Source of the DNA: Selaginella moellendorffii
Lineage: Eukaryota > Plantae > Lycopodiophyta
Length of the DNA stretch: 64,000 nucleotides
Assembly (NCBI RefSeq): GCF_000143415.4
Contig: NW_003314348.1
Span: 624,062 to 688,061, forward strand
Direction of reading: 5' to 3'
Shown: positions 44,696 through 55,206 of the stretch, piece after piece
Layout of the letters: each line of letters opens with the position of its first letter
Numbering within the stretch: the stretch's first letter is position 1
The notes under the pieces: generated by a model
Told to the model about the DNA's origin: nothing
Databases searched by the model: none
The model's input: the letters and a program-made list of their open reading frames with translations, nothing else
Position numbers and translations under genes: made by a program

Positions 44696-46531
44696 ATGCG
44701 GATTGTGACGCTCGTCGCAATTGCCTTGCTCGCCGCCGGAGCTGCCCGTGGCGATGGCGATCCAGCCTCCTGCTCGGTCGATTACAGCTACGTCGGCGCC
44801 TTCTCGTCGACTCTGGATCACTGCCGCCGATCGCCTCCGGGTAAGAACAGCAGCGATTGCTGCTCCGCACTGCTCACTACCTTTGGGATCGGCCTGGCCG
44901 ACTACCTCCGGCGATCGGGAGGGTTTGAGTTCGCGGATCTCCCCACGGCCAATGCGTGCCTGAAATCCTTCCAGGCGGAGCTCGATTCTCACGGCACAGG
45001 CACGGATTTCGTCCGGGATTGCCCCTTCGAGCCGCCGATGTTCGTCCAGTCACCGATCTGCGCGGGAGTTATGAATATTTCGGACTGGAAGAGGGTCGTG
45101 GCTCCGGATCTGGATCGCGCGCTGGAGCGCTCGTGTGGCGGCGATCTTAGCAGCGCCTTGCGGTGCCAGTCGTGCACGGACGATGTCACCAGGGTTGTTC
45201 TTGAGCTCCAGGGCCTCTCCAACAGCACCAGCGTCGGCCAACAGTGTGTTTACGTCTCGTGCCTCTATGCCGCCGGGGTGGTCAACAAGCTTGGGCCCAA
45301 GGAGCCCTCTACAGCAGTGTGTGTCCTTGGCTTGACTCCACCATCGGCAGGAGCTCCGGGAGGCTCGAGAGGGACCGACGCGAAGCTCTACATTGGCATC
45401 GGCGTTGGAGGCTCTGCGATCGCTCTAGCCGGAGCACTGATCGCGTGTATCTTCCTCTTCCACCGGAGACGGAAGAAGCGGGAGCTTGTCCAGTCTTCGC
45501 TGGTGGGCCTGTCGAGGATGCCCAACCTGGGGCTCATCAAGTTCAGCTTCGAGGAGATCAAAGCTGGCACGCAGAACTTCAGCTCCAAAAACTTCATCGG
45601 CGAGGGTGGCTATGGCCGGGTCTATCGAGGAGTTCTCGCAAAGCGTGGGAACTCGGAGGTGGCGGTGAAAGTCATGAAGGCGAGCTCCAAGGAGAACAAT
45701 GCCGAGTTTCTCAACGAGGTGGAGGTGATCAACCGGGTGAGACACAGGAATCTCCTCTCCGTCCGAGGAGCTTGCGTCCATGCAAACGGGCCCGACTCGC
45801 AGCACATCCTCGTCTACGACTACATGCCAAACGGCTGCCTGAAAACTTATCTCTCGTCCGGAACCTTGTCATGGCAGCAGCGCAGGAAGATCGCCATCGG
45901 CATAGCAGTCGGGATAAACTACCTCCACAACGAGGTGGAGCCGTCTATCATCCACAGGGACATCAAGCCGAGCAACATCCTTCTCGACGAGGATCTCAAC
46001 GCTCGAGTGGCAGACTTTGGGCTCGCGAAGATCAGCCCCGAGGGGATGAGCCACCTTACAACCAGAGTGGCTGGAACTCCGATCTACATGGCGGTCGAGT
46101 ACGCTCTCTACGGCCAGTGCAGCGACAAAGTCGACGTCTACAGCTTTGGGGTCCTACTCTTGGAGCTCATGAGTGGGAGGAGTGCTCTCGACACGAGCCA
46201 AGAGAACCCGGTGCACTACCACATCGTGGACTGGGCGTGGAGCTTGGTCAAGGCCGGGAGATTGCCGGAGATCATCGATGAGAAGATCCGGGACAGTGAT
46301 CCGGCAGCCATTGTTCTCCAGCAGCGGTTCGTGCTGGTTGGCATACTCTGCGCACATTTGCTGGTGGCGGTCAGGCCTCCGATCTCTCAGGCTCTCAAGC
46401 TGCTCGAGGGCAACGACACGATCCCCCCGATTCCAGATCGACCACCGCCTTACATCTTCGCAGGCCACACTCTAGTCGATGGAGAAGAAGTTAACTTATT
46501 TTCCAGTTCTTCTCAGACTTCGGCTCCTTGA
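44696..46531 (+). CDS. Receptor-like kinase with Cys-rich SPARK-type ectodomain (URK-2/RKF3-related), single exon
   Basis: Signal peptide; Cys-rich ectodomain (CC...FGIGLADYL...CLKSFQ...CQSC...YAAGVVN...GP...C); TM helix; kinase GEGGYG, VAVK, HRDIKPSN, DFG, HLTTRVAGT, RFVLVGILCAH. Confidence 0.9.
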   Translation: MRIVTLVAIALLAAGAARGDGDPASCSVDYSYVGAFSSTLDHCRRSPPGKNSSDCCSALLTTFGIGLADYLRRSGGFEFADLPTANACLKSFQAELDSHGTGTDFVRDCPFEPPMFVQSPICAGVMNISDWKRVVAPDLDRALERSCGGDLSSALRCQSCTDDVTRVVLELQGLSNSTSVGQQCVYVSCLYAAGVVNKLGPKEPSTAVCVLGLTPPSAGAPGGSRGTDAKLYIGIGVGGSAIALAGALIACIFLFHRRRKKRELVQSSLVGLSRMPNLGLIKFSFEEIKAGTQNFSSKNFIGEGGYGRVYRGVLAKRGNSEVAVKVMKASSKENNAEFLNEVEVINRVRHRNLLSVRGACVHANGPDSQHILVYDYMPNGCLKTYLSSGTLSWQQRRKIAIGIAVGINYLHNEVEPSIIHRDIKPSNILLDEDLNARVADFGLAKISPEGMSHLTTRVAGTPIYMAVEYALYGQCSDKVDVYSFGVLLLELMSGRSALDTSQENPVHYHIVDWAWSLVKAGRLPEIIDEKIRDSDPAAIVLQQRFVLVGILCAHLLVAVRPPISQALKLLEGNDTIPPIPDRPPPYIFAGHTLVDGEEVNLFSSSSQTSAP

Positions 46532-46618
46532 ACACAAGTAAGCTTTTTTGGAGCAACTCTTTCTCTCACTTACGCCATAGAAGCTGTACAGGTTGTGAGA
46601 GACTGGAACCTCTCTCTC

Positions 46619-49165
46619 TCACAAAATCTCCACCAGCAACGGGTCCCCGACCGACAAAGCTCTTATTCTTCTCACGATCTCCGAGACGTTTCTAGCGCTC
46701 CAGGGACGAACCAAGTGCTTGCTCTTCCGGTAAAACACGGCGGGATCGCGCCTCACGCTCGTCTCGGCCACGTACTTGAACGCTTCGGAGTCGTAGCTCG
46801 CTGGCTTCTCCATGGCCAAGAAGAAGAGCGGTATCGCCAGCTCCGGACGGAGCTCCAGTTTCACCCCGATTGGAACTAGGGCCTTGAAGTCACTCACGTA
46901 GCGGTGGGGGATGTAGAAGGAATCGGAGCTCGAGACAACGAAGTGCATGTCGTCCATGCTCTTCTTGTAGTTGGCCAGCATCTTTGGGGACAAGCTACGA
47001 ACAGCGGCTTTGATGCTCTTCTTGACGCTGCTTGCGAGATACCAGGCCGAGCCAGGTCGCTTGAATCCGATAACTTGCCATGTCGTCTTTGGCTGGATGG
47101 CTGTTCTGGACTGGAGGCGGAGGAGAGAAAGATCCATCAGGCTGGGCTGGAGCTGGGAAAGAGAAACAAGCTCACCTTTTGGAGACTCCAGAGCTTGTTT
47201 TTGTTCGAGGTGACGAAGTTCCAGTAGTTGAAGACGGCATCATCTTTGAGATAAAGATAGCCATCAGCGTGCGGGTAGCGATCAAACACCTCTGGAAGGG
47301 ACCTGGAACAAAAGTCTCAGAAACAAAAACAAGGAAGAAACTTGCCGAAGAACTTACTGATACGTGAAGTTTCCACCCTCGACTCGAAGGCCAGCATTGC
47401 TCTCCCGCGAACGAATCTCAACGTGCTTGAACAAGCGGCTGTAGAACATCCGCCATGCCAGGACCGTGGCATTCGCGTCGGGCGAGCAGTCGAGCACCAG
47501 GACGATGTTGCCAAAGTAACGCCGCCACTTTAGCCAGTCTCCCATCTCCTTCTCCAGCTGCGACGACTCGTGGATGCCGAGATAAACCGACGGTAACGTC
47601 TCCGGCACGAACTGGACGTGCTCCGAGTTATACAGCAACGGGTCCACTCGTCCGAGCTCGAGAGCTAGCATCCGAGGCTGGCGGTACCCAACCGAGACGA
47701 GATCTTGCAACCAGGCCACCGTCAAGTCGACGTTTTGTGCGCTCCAGTAGCCATTCTCAGCCATGGAGTGACTGAGATGGAGAATCCGTTGGAACAACGA
47801 CCGCTTGTCCGACCGCCATGAAACCACGAAGTTGATGAGCCGCTCCATCTTGTGCAAGTCCTTCTCGTCCTTGAGAAGAATGGGATCCAGTTGATCGACA
47901 CGGTGCGCTGTAGGAGGAAAAACCACGAGCATCCCGCCAACTTCCCACAGCAGCCGCTGAGCCCAGTAGCCTCGAACGACGTCGGCAGCTCTCGAGCTCA
48001 CGTCCGCCGGGATCATGAGCGACCAGAGAGCCGGGCTGTGGAACAGAGTGTTGACGGAGCTCACGGGCGCCATGGTTCCTTGCGGAAGCGCCACTGGCGG
48101 CGCTTGCAAGTCGAACTCGATGCTCAGGGCCTCGCGCTCCGACCGCCGGGTGTAGTAGAAGAGCGCGTCGACGTCCGCGAATCCATTCGCCAGCCCCTGC
48201 TGGATGAAGTGCCTCCCGGGAGCGATCTCGTTGTAGGCGACTTCGAGAGAGGTCTCTCCCACCATCCTGACGGGAAAACCTCGCGGCCACATCGATCTCT
48301 GGCCAAAGTGAACGTAAGGATTGACGATGGTCCGGTTCTCCACCATCCGGTACTGGTATAGAGGCTCCCTCCTGCCCGAGGTTCCGCTCAGCTCCACGTC
48401 GAAGACTTTCTCCAAGTTTCCTCCGCGGACGATGATCGTCTCGTCCGCGTCGTAGATCTTGCGGGCTCCGTGCTGGATGGCGAAGAGGTAGCCAACGTTT
48501 TTCCTCGCGGGACCGTCTGGATCGATGTGGCTCTGGACCCGAAAGTTCAAGCCTGCTTGAGCGTCCTTGGAGAGGAAAATCGCCCCTGGAACTTCCCACT
48601 TGGTGGGAGTTTGAGAGTTTCCAAGAGCTAGAAGCTGCCACCCATCCAGCTTGGCGAGCTGCTGGATTTCTTCGCTAGGAGCTCCCGATACCGCCACGAC
48701 GATCCACTTCTCGGACTTCAAGATCCCCTTGTCGACTTTCGCGCTGGCTGCTTCCAAGTCCACTCTCGGATATGGAATCTCTTCCCTCTGCCTGGAAGCC
48801 GACTCTATGCACGAGAGCACCGCATTGTCGCCCCGGCTTCTCACCATCAAGAACACTATCGCGCTGAGGAACACGAAGAGCCCAATCACGATCTTCGGGA
48901 AATTCTCCACCACGAACGACTGAATCGAGGAGGAAGGCTCCGGAGGGGAGGAGCTTGGCGCGGGCAAAATCGGCCGCCTCTCAGTGTCTTCTTCCACCTC
49001 GCTCTCCTCGCTGCCCTCGAAATCTTCCTCATTGCGGCCCGGAATCACGGTGGTGGAGTTCGAATCTAGCTTGAAGTGCACACCATTCCTGGCCGGAGCC
49101 CCAGATCCATCTCGAGCCTCGCCATTCCCAGCCGAGGATGGGTCTATCCTGTCCTGCACGTACAT
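46619..49165 (-). CDS. STL: STELLO-like Golgi glycosyltransferase (DUF288), 3 exons
   Basis: MYVQDR start, type II TM helix, SEKWIVVAVS, RKNVGYLFAIQHGARKIYDAD, VNPYVHFGQRSMWPRG, DVVRGYWAQRLLWE. Ends GDPLLVEIL*. Confidence 0.94.
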
Positions 49166-49440
49166 TTCGCTTACATGAGCTGCGCGCAAGATCTAGCGCG
49201 GCCTTCTACCAGATCCTACGCCCGCATTGCTGCTCCACGATCACCCAAGAACCCTAATTACGACTTCCCACCAAACATTTGGTAAAAATGACACGCAAGA
49301 ATGGACGGCCAAGATCTTTTATCGCCATAGCCGAGATTTCTTCTAAGCTCTAGATTTTCTCAAGCTCGAGAGTTTCTCTCCTTTACCAGGCTCTTTACCA
49401 AGGTCAAGAAAAACTCGCGAAGTAAAGCTGAGCCATAAAT

Positions 49441-51870
49441 CTAGAAATCGTCTTCAATCTCGTCACACTCGTCGGCAGCACTGGTGATAACTTTTGGAGA
49501 TCTCGGCTTCCAAGCGTCGCGAGTGAACGCGGAAATATTTCGCAGGAATGGAATGTACTCGGTTGCCTGCTCAACCGGACCAATATTACTATCTCTCAAC
49601 GACGCAAAGATCTCCCTCTGCAGCACGAACCGAGAAGAAAAAATAAAAACTTTTGCGTTAGCTCGGATCCACCAAAAGATGTGAAAGCATCACCTTCTTG
49701 CTTGATAGCGAGCGCTCAACTTGCCAAAGCATGGGACTTCTCAGCGTCTGCCATCTGTTTAAAGAACCAAGTTTAAGTTGTCCGGAGAAAAACAAGAAAA
49801 TAAGAAGCTACCTTCGAGGAGCAGGGTGTGTGTTACCAAAAAGAACACCCCGTGCAGCTATAGAAGCAGCCGCAGCTTCTCCAAGTTGCGAAGCATTCGT
49901 CCATCCGGAATCTAAGAGGGGCCCTCTCGACTGCCAGGAAAATCTTGCACCAACGAGGTCTGCGTCACTTATGTACTGGATGATGTCCGCAACGTCTTCG
50001 ATGGCATCGTCATCGACAAAGTCTGGCACTGCACAAAACGATCAAGGATTATAATCAAGAGCTGAGCCAGTACCATTCTCGTGGAGAAAAGAGACGAGTG
50101 TTGAAGCTTCGGCGTGCGACTGGGATATGACTAGCTCGGGATCTTTCATTTGCAAGGGTGGTCTTTGATACTGCTGTTGAAGTGGACACGAAAGTTTTTC
50201 ACCTGCAAAAAAGAAATGTCGGTCACGATTCTTAGACAACAAGTACCAACCTGACTCAGACTCCGCGTCGGCCACTCGCTTGTTGTGCAAGAATTTTCCA
50301 AGCGCATGAAATAGAGATAAGATGTGATCCCTACCGCATTTGGAACCATACTGTTCTTTGGGAGGTTCGTCGTCTGAAGCTCCGCGAACTTGCTGGCGCT
50401 TTCGTCTTCTTGACTCGGATTTATCGGATTTCGGACTATTGAGGCAGAGAAATTGGAGATGTAGGATGGCGTGTCTGATATCTCCCGCGGCGGTTTGAGC
50501 AATTTCAGCCACCATTTCGCTAGGTACACGGCATTTCTTCGCTTTGACAAGATTAGCCAAAACTTTCTTAATGGCATTTACAGTGATCGGGTTGAAGGCA
50601 ATCTGTGAAATCGAACTGATGAGGAGTGAACAAAGCGGAAGGAGAGAACAAAACAAAAAAAAAAAACCTTGGAGGCTCCTCCACTCTCGAGTGTTTTTAC
50701 TATCTCTCCCATGCATCGTGCCATTGAACTTCCTCGATAACCATCGTCAGCCACATCTGTAACAACTATAATGGTTGGAAACTTCGCACCCGCAAGTAAC
50801 TGGCGAAGTGATTGGAGTAGCTGCCTTTTCTTGTCCTCCCCATTTACTAAAGGTACGTCGTCAATGAGAACGAATTTCATTCTCCTAACCGGAGCATTTA
50901 GTGGAAGAGAAGGAAACTTGGTTGTTTTGTCCAAAAATGTTTCAAAATCCTTCAGCTTTGAACTATATTTTGATCCTAAAAACCATGTCGAGGAAAAAAA
51001 TTCAGCAAGTTCTTGTCAAGTGTTACCTAGTGTATCATTGTGTAGATGCTCCTTCCAGAGAACAGGCGTTGGAGCAGTCCACTCACAAAGCTCGGCATTC
51101 ATCGTGTTGGCTAAGACTCGCACAACAGTCTACAAGATCCACCGTCTTTCAGAAACGAAGAAAGGAAAAGAAAAAAAAAACTGAAGGAAAGAAAACACTC
51201 ACCTTCTTACCGACACCAGCAGGTCCGGTGATCAACAAAAGCTTGCATGAACACTGCAGTGGCAAACAATTTCAAACGAATGTTATGCAAGAGTTAGTGA
51301 AGGGCGAGAGGAAAAAGAGGTTTTACCCAGCCTTACCCCCAAGGGGTTGTCGATTTGAGTTTCCATCCATTGTCTCACTTCTCCAACCTGGAGGAAGAAA
51401 GAAAAAAAAAAAAACCACTGTTAGAAAAGAGACAGGGAACGACCAGAGCAAAAACTAGCGTTGAAAGAACTAAAACCAAAAGAATCGTAGCGATGGTGAA
51501 GAATGTAAGTGATTTACCTTCTTGCTATGAACTGCTAGATCACTCACACAGGCCGGCCGAAACTTGTCGATCCAAAGATTATCAGAGTCTTGCCGATTAT
51601 CTGGAAATCTTAGCTCGCATTGCATTCCATTGTCCATTCCAGCTCACCTCGAGTGCTATCCACCTGTAGAAACGCCATATCCTCCTCGACTCGCTCGAAC
51701 GGCGACCGCGAATCCTGCCGACGCACCCGCATTGGGAAAAAAGGAAGCGAGAAGAGAAGGAGCTACGAAACCTGGCTGCTCTTCTGCGAGGAGAGCGATA
51801 GCGGCAAGCGATCGTCGTCGTCATCGTCGCTCTCCTCGAGCGCCAAAACGTGGCGCTTACGCTTGGCCAT
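49441..51870 (-). CDS. RAD17: Cell-cycle checkpoint clamp loader RAD17, multi-exon
   Basis: MAKRKR...; LWIDKFRPACVSDLAVHSKK; LITGPAGVGK; VLIDDVP; IAFNPIT; GDIRHAILHLQF; GRDHILSLFHALGKFLHNKR; FLHEN; ends EIEDDF*. Confidence 0.94.
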
Positions 51871-51961
51871 AACCTAGGAACCCTAGAAGCCTGCCACGCG
51901 TCAAAAATCTAGCCCATATAAGATAGAACGAAAGCCTCGCTTGTATCTATCTAGCGCAGCG

Positions 51962-52657
51962 ATGAGCTTCTTCGTGCTCTTGGCCTTCGTTTTCTCTTCC
52001 ATTCTCGCGAAATCTCAAGCCCAGATTTCTGGTCAGTTCGATCGCTCGGTTTTTTCACTGGAATTCCCAAACTTCTCACTGTTTTCCTGCTAAACTCGTG
52101 TGTGTGTTTATGCAGAGCTTTGCAAGGAATGTACCACTCTCTTCGACAACAAACACAACCATTCGGTGGTAAAGTTTGGGCAGTTTATGTGCGAGAACTT
52201 CTGCGACGAGCACGGAAAGGTGGTGGGGCTAAACTCCGTGGCTGTGAATGCGGAGGAGATGCTGGTGTGTGATAGATGCAGGAAGAGCAAGGGCCAGTTT
52301 ATGTGCTCGCTGTGCAATCCAGAAGAGAGATCGAAGATCCAGGAAGAGGATGAAGACGACGACGATGACGATCTGCCCTATGGAGCTCGAAGAACACAGT
52401 TCTTTTGGACATCGAACGAGACCTCGTGTGACACCTGCCGGGATCGTCTGAAGTCGCCATTCTGCTTCCAGTGCAGCCTCAAGGAAGAGTGTCGAAGTTG
52501 CAACAACACCGTGGAATGCAAAACGTGCGATGTCTTTCGGCAGCACACGGTTCATGTCTCGAAGCTGTGGCTCGGCGAAGACAAACCATCCAAAGGAGTG
52601 GATGATCTTGGAAATGATCGCCAGAGTAATCCAAGCACCACCGGAACTAGAAGTTGA
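51962..52657 (+). CDS. Secreted CxxC-rich orphan protein 1 (2 exons: 51962-52031, 52117-52657)
   Basis: Exon 1 MSFFVLLAFVFSSILAKSQAQIS (signal peptide), phase-1 GT-AG intron, exon 2 with 7 CxxC + 1 CxxxC and an acidic tract. Confidence 0.85.
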
Positions 52658-53441
52658 CATGTTGATACTCGAGCTTAAGTTCTTAAGAACAAATTAAAGT
52701 TATTATTAATTAATATAAAATTCAGAACTACATTGCTCTTTTTTTACTTCCAGTTAATTTGCTTGATCCATTTTCGTATTGATTTGTTTTTCAAAAAAGT
52801 GTTGTTATGAGAGTTTGCTTAATTGCAATTGGCTGAAGCGCTCCAATCCTAGTTGCGCTGCTACAAACAAATTCAGGAGGGATGTGGAGCATGGGGTCTA
52901 CCTGATAGTTTTAATACACTTTAATTTTTCTTATCTTTTTTAAAATAAAATTGAACCATGAGAAAAATACAAAAAAATCAAATGTACAATGGGGCCATTA
53001 TTGGGCCCCTAACCTTATAGTTATTTTTAATTATTGATGGTCCCTTTATAAACAACTCTGTTCTGTTGTGTTCTGTAAACTCGTGCTTCATTAAGTGATC
53101 TCTGGAGTTCTGATAGAATTTTCTACAATTTTGTAACTGTAACAATTGCATGACTTTTCGAGGTTGATATACGGACATAGAAGAAAAAAATATGTATCAA
53201 ATTCTGCATTGTCAACGCTATGTGGCTCAAGCTTCGCACGAAAATGTTCCACATAGAAAGAAATAAAGCTAAAGTTTTGTGACATGGCTACATTCTATTG
53301 CCCTAATAAACAGTAATAAAAAAACAAATACATTGGTGTAGTGTCGTAGAAACCAACGTATCTCTCTATAGTATTTAAACACACCATAGCTAAAAACTTT
53401 ATTTTTTTTTTCTTCTTCTTTCCTCTTGTTAATATACATCA

Positions 53442-54057
53442 ATGGCGGGCTCTCTTTTCACTCTTTTCGCTCTTGCTCTTTTCTTCTTGATTGCAGCACA
53501 GCAGTCCCAAGCTCAAGAAGGTAAATTCAATCGAGCTTTCTCAAACAAAATTCAATTTCTAACTTCTTCTCGCAGAGTATCTAAAACGAGTTTGCGATGG
53601 CTGCACTACGACAAAAAACAAGCTCCTTTGCACGCTCTGTGACACTGCACAGAAGCAAGCCGCAGCAAAACCTCCAACCATGGTGACAGAGATCCCTCAA
53701 GAGGAAGCCAAGAAGGAGGCCCTGGGCATCGCCCAAGCCGCCAAGCCAATCCACTACACAAGTGCCAAGGTCGAAAAGAAGGACTGCGCGGAGAAATGCC
53801 CCAAAGGAAGCATTACATACTACCTCGACGAGTGCACCGAGTGTAGGACGGAAGTCACCACCCTTCCAGTCTATCCCGATGGAATGGACATCTCCAAGAG
53901 CTACTTTTGCACCAAACTTTGTGCCAGCAACTTCTTCAAGGGATCCAAGATGTGTAAGTTCTGCTGGGCAACATCGCCATCGCCATCTCCATTGCCTTCT
54001 CCGGCCCCGGCGCCGACGCGAATGCCAAAGAAGAAGAACCCGCCTAAACACCACTGA
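53442..54057 (+). CDS. Secreted CxxC-rich orphan protein 2 (2 exons: 53442-53520, 53576-54057)
   Basis: Exon 1 MAGSLFTLFALALFFLIAAQQSQAQE, phase-1 intron, in-frame exon 2 EYLKRVCDGC...CTLC...CAEKC...CTEC...CTKLC...CKFC with an SP/AP tail ending KHH*. Confidence 0.85.
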
Positions 54058-54563
54058 GTGTTTTTAGATCCAGCGTAGTTTAGTCGAGGAAATAAGGAAA
54101 AGCACGGACCTGTGTGTTGTTTCCAAGATAGGCCTAGTGTTTGATTCGATCTGGTTGTCTGTGCAGTAGTGATAGTTTGTAGTAGTTTGATTCTTCGCAA
54201 TAAATCTGGCAAAACTTTCTTCCTTCCAACTTTGTTCTTCACGACCAAGTGGCGATCAGTCTGTTCCAGAGCCATGAGCGCAAGGAAATCGCTGGAACGA
54301 TGTTTTACCTCAGTCGTCTCGCCGCGCTAGTTTGTCCGTGCATTGCCTTCACTTCGGTTCGTATCGCCCAAGCGCACTTAGAGAGAACTTTAAATCTGTC
54401 TCAGCCTAGAACATAAAAGTTTGTCACGATTGTCAAAAACAGATGAAGATCACGAAGCGCCAAACCAAAGTTTTTGTCCAAATGTCCGGTTGAATCATGA
54501 CTTTTCCCAGACAAGGAGCTCCATAAATTCTCTTGTTCCGGGAAGCTTTATCCAATCTCTCGC

Positions 54564-55136
54564 ATGGATCTGGCAAGAGTTATTAGTATCGTTTTGGTTC
54601 CCCATGCCTTGCTTCTCTTGGTGCAGTCTCACGCACAAGGCTTACCAGGTTAGTGCTCTACAAAACTTCCGCGTTGATCATTCTTCTCGCTATCTGTGTC
54701 TCCAGATACATCTGAGCTTTTCGCTGAGATTCCAAGGCCTCTAGAAAACACAACTTGTGAGAAATGCACCGACCCAATGACAAACACTCAGTGCCTCGGT
54801 TGTAGCATCAAAAGCATTTGCCACAAATGTAACACCTCCATGGTATGCCTAACCTGCATGAATTTCGGCATCGAGAACATGTTAGAGAGTTCGTTTGTCG
54901 AGAAAAGTATCAGCAAGGACCTGAAAGAAACTGTGTGTAAGCTATTTTGTCGACGCGAGATGGACTTCTGGATATCAAGATCAGCGCTCTGCCGTTCTTG
55001 TAGCTCTTTACCTCCGTCCCACTCCCCGGTTGCATCTCCAATACCACCTCCCTTTTGGGGTCGTCCCAGACAGAAACGTCAAGCTCCAGCTCCAGCTCCA
55101 GCTCCAGCCCCTGGATATCACGGATACCATCACTAG
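54564..55136 (+). CDS. Secreted CxxC-rich orphan protein 3 (2 exons: 54564-54648, 54706-55136)
   Basis: Exon 1 MDLARVISIVLVPHALLLLVQSHAQGLP, phase-1 intron, exon 2 CEKC..CLGC..CHKC..CLTC..CKLFC..CRSC with a Pro-rich/(AP)5 tail ending YHH*. Confidence 0.85.
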
Positions 55137-55206
55137 TTTAGCGCCCGAGAAGAAACATAATAATTCACTGGCATACCTTTGTCAGTTGTCTGGAAATGAG
55201 AAAATT

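Noticed and set aside
36278-51870. RFC small subunit and RAD17 (partners in the Rad17-RFC loader) ~11.5 kb apart
   Set aside because: Separated by several unrelated genes in a very gene-dense region; nothing suggests a functional cluster without synteny data.
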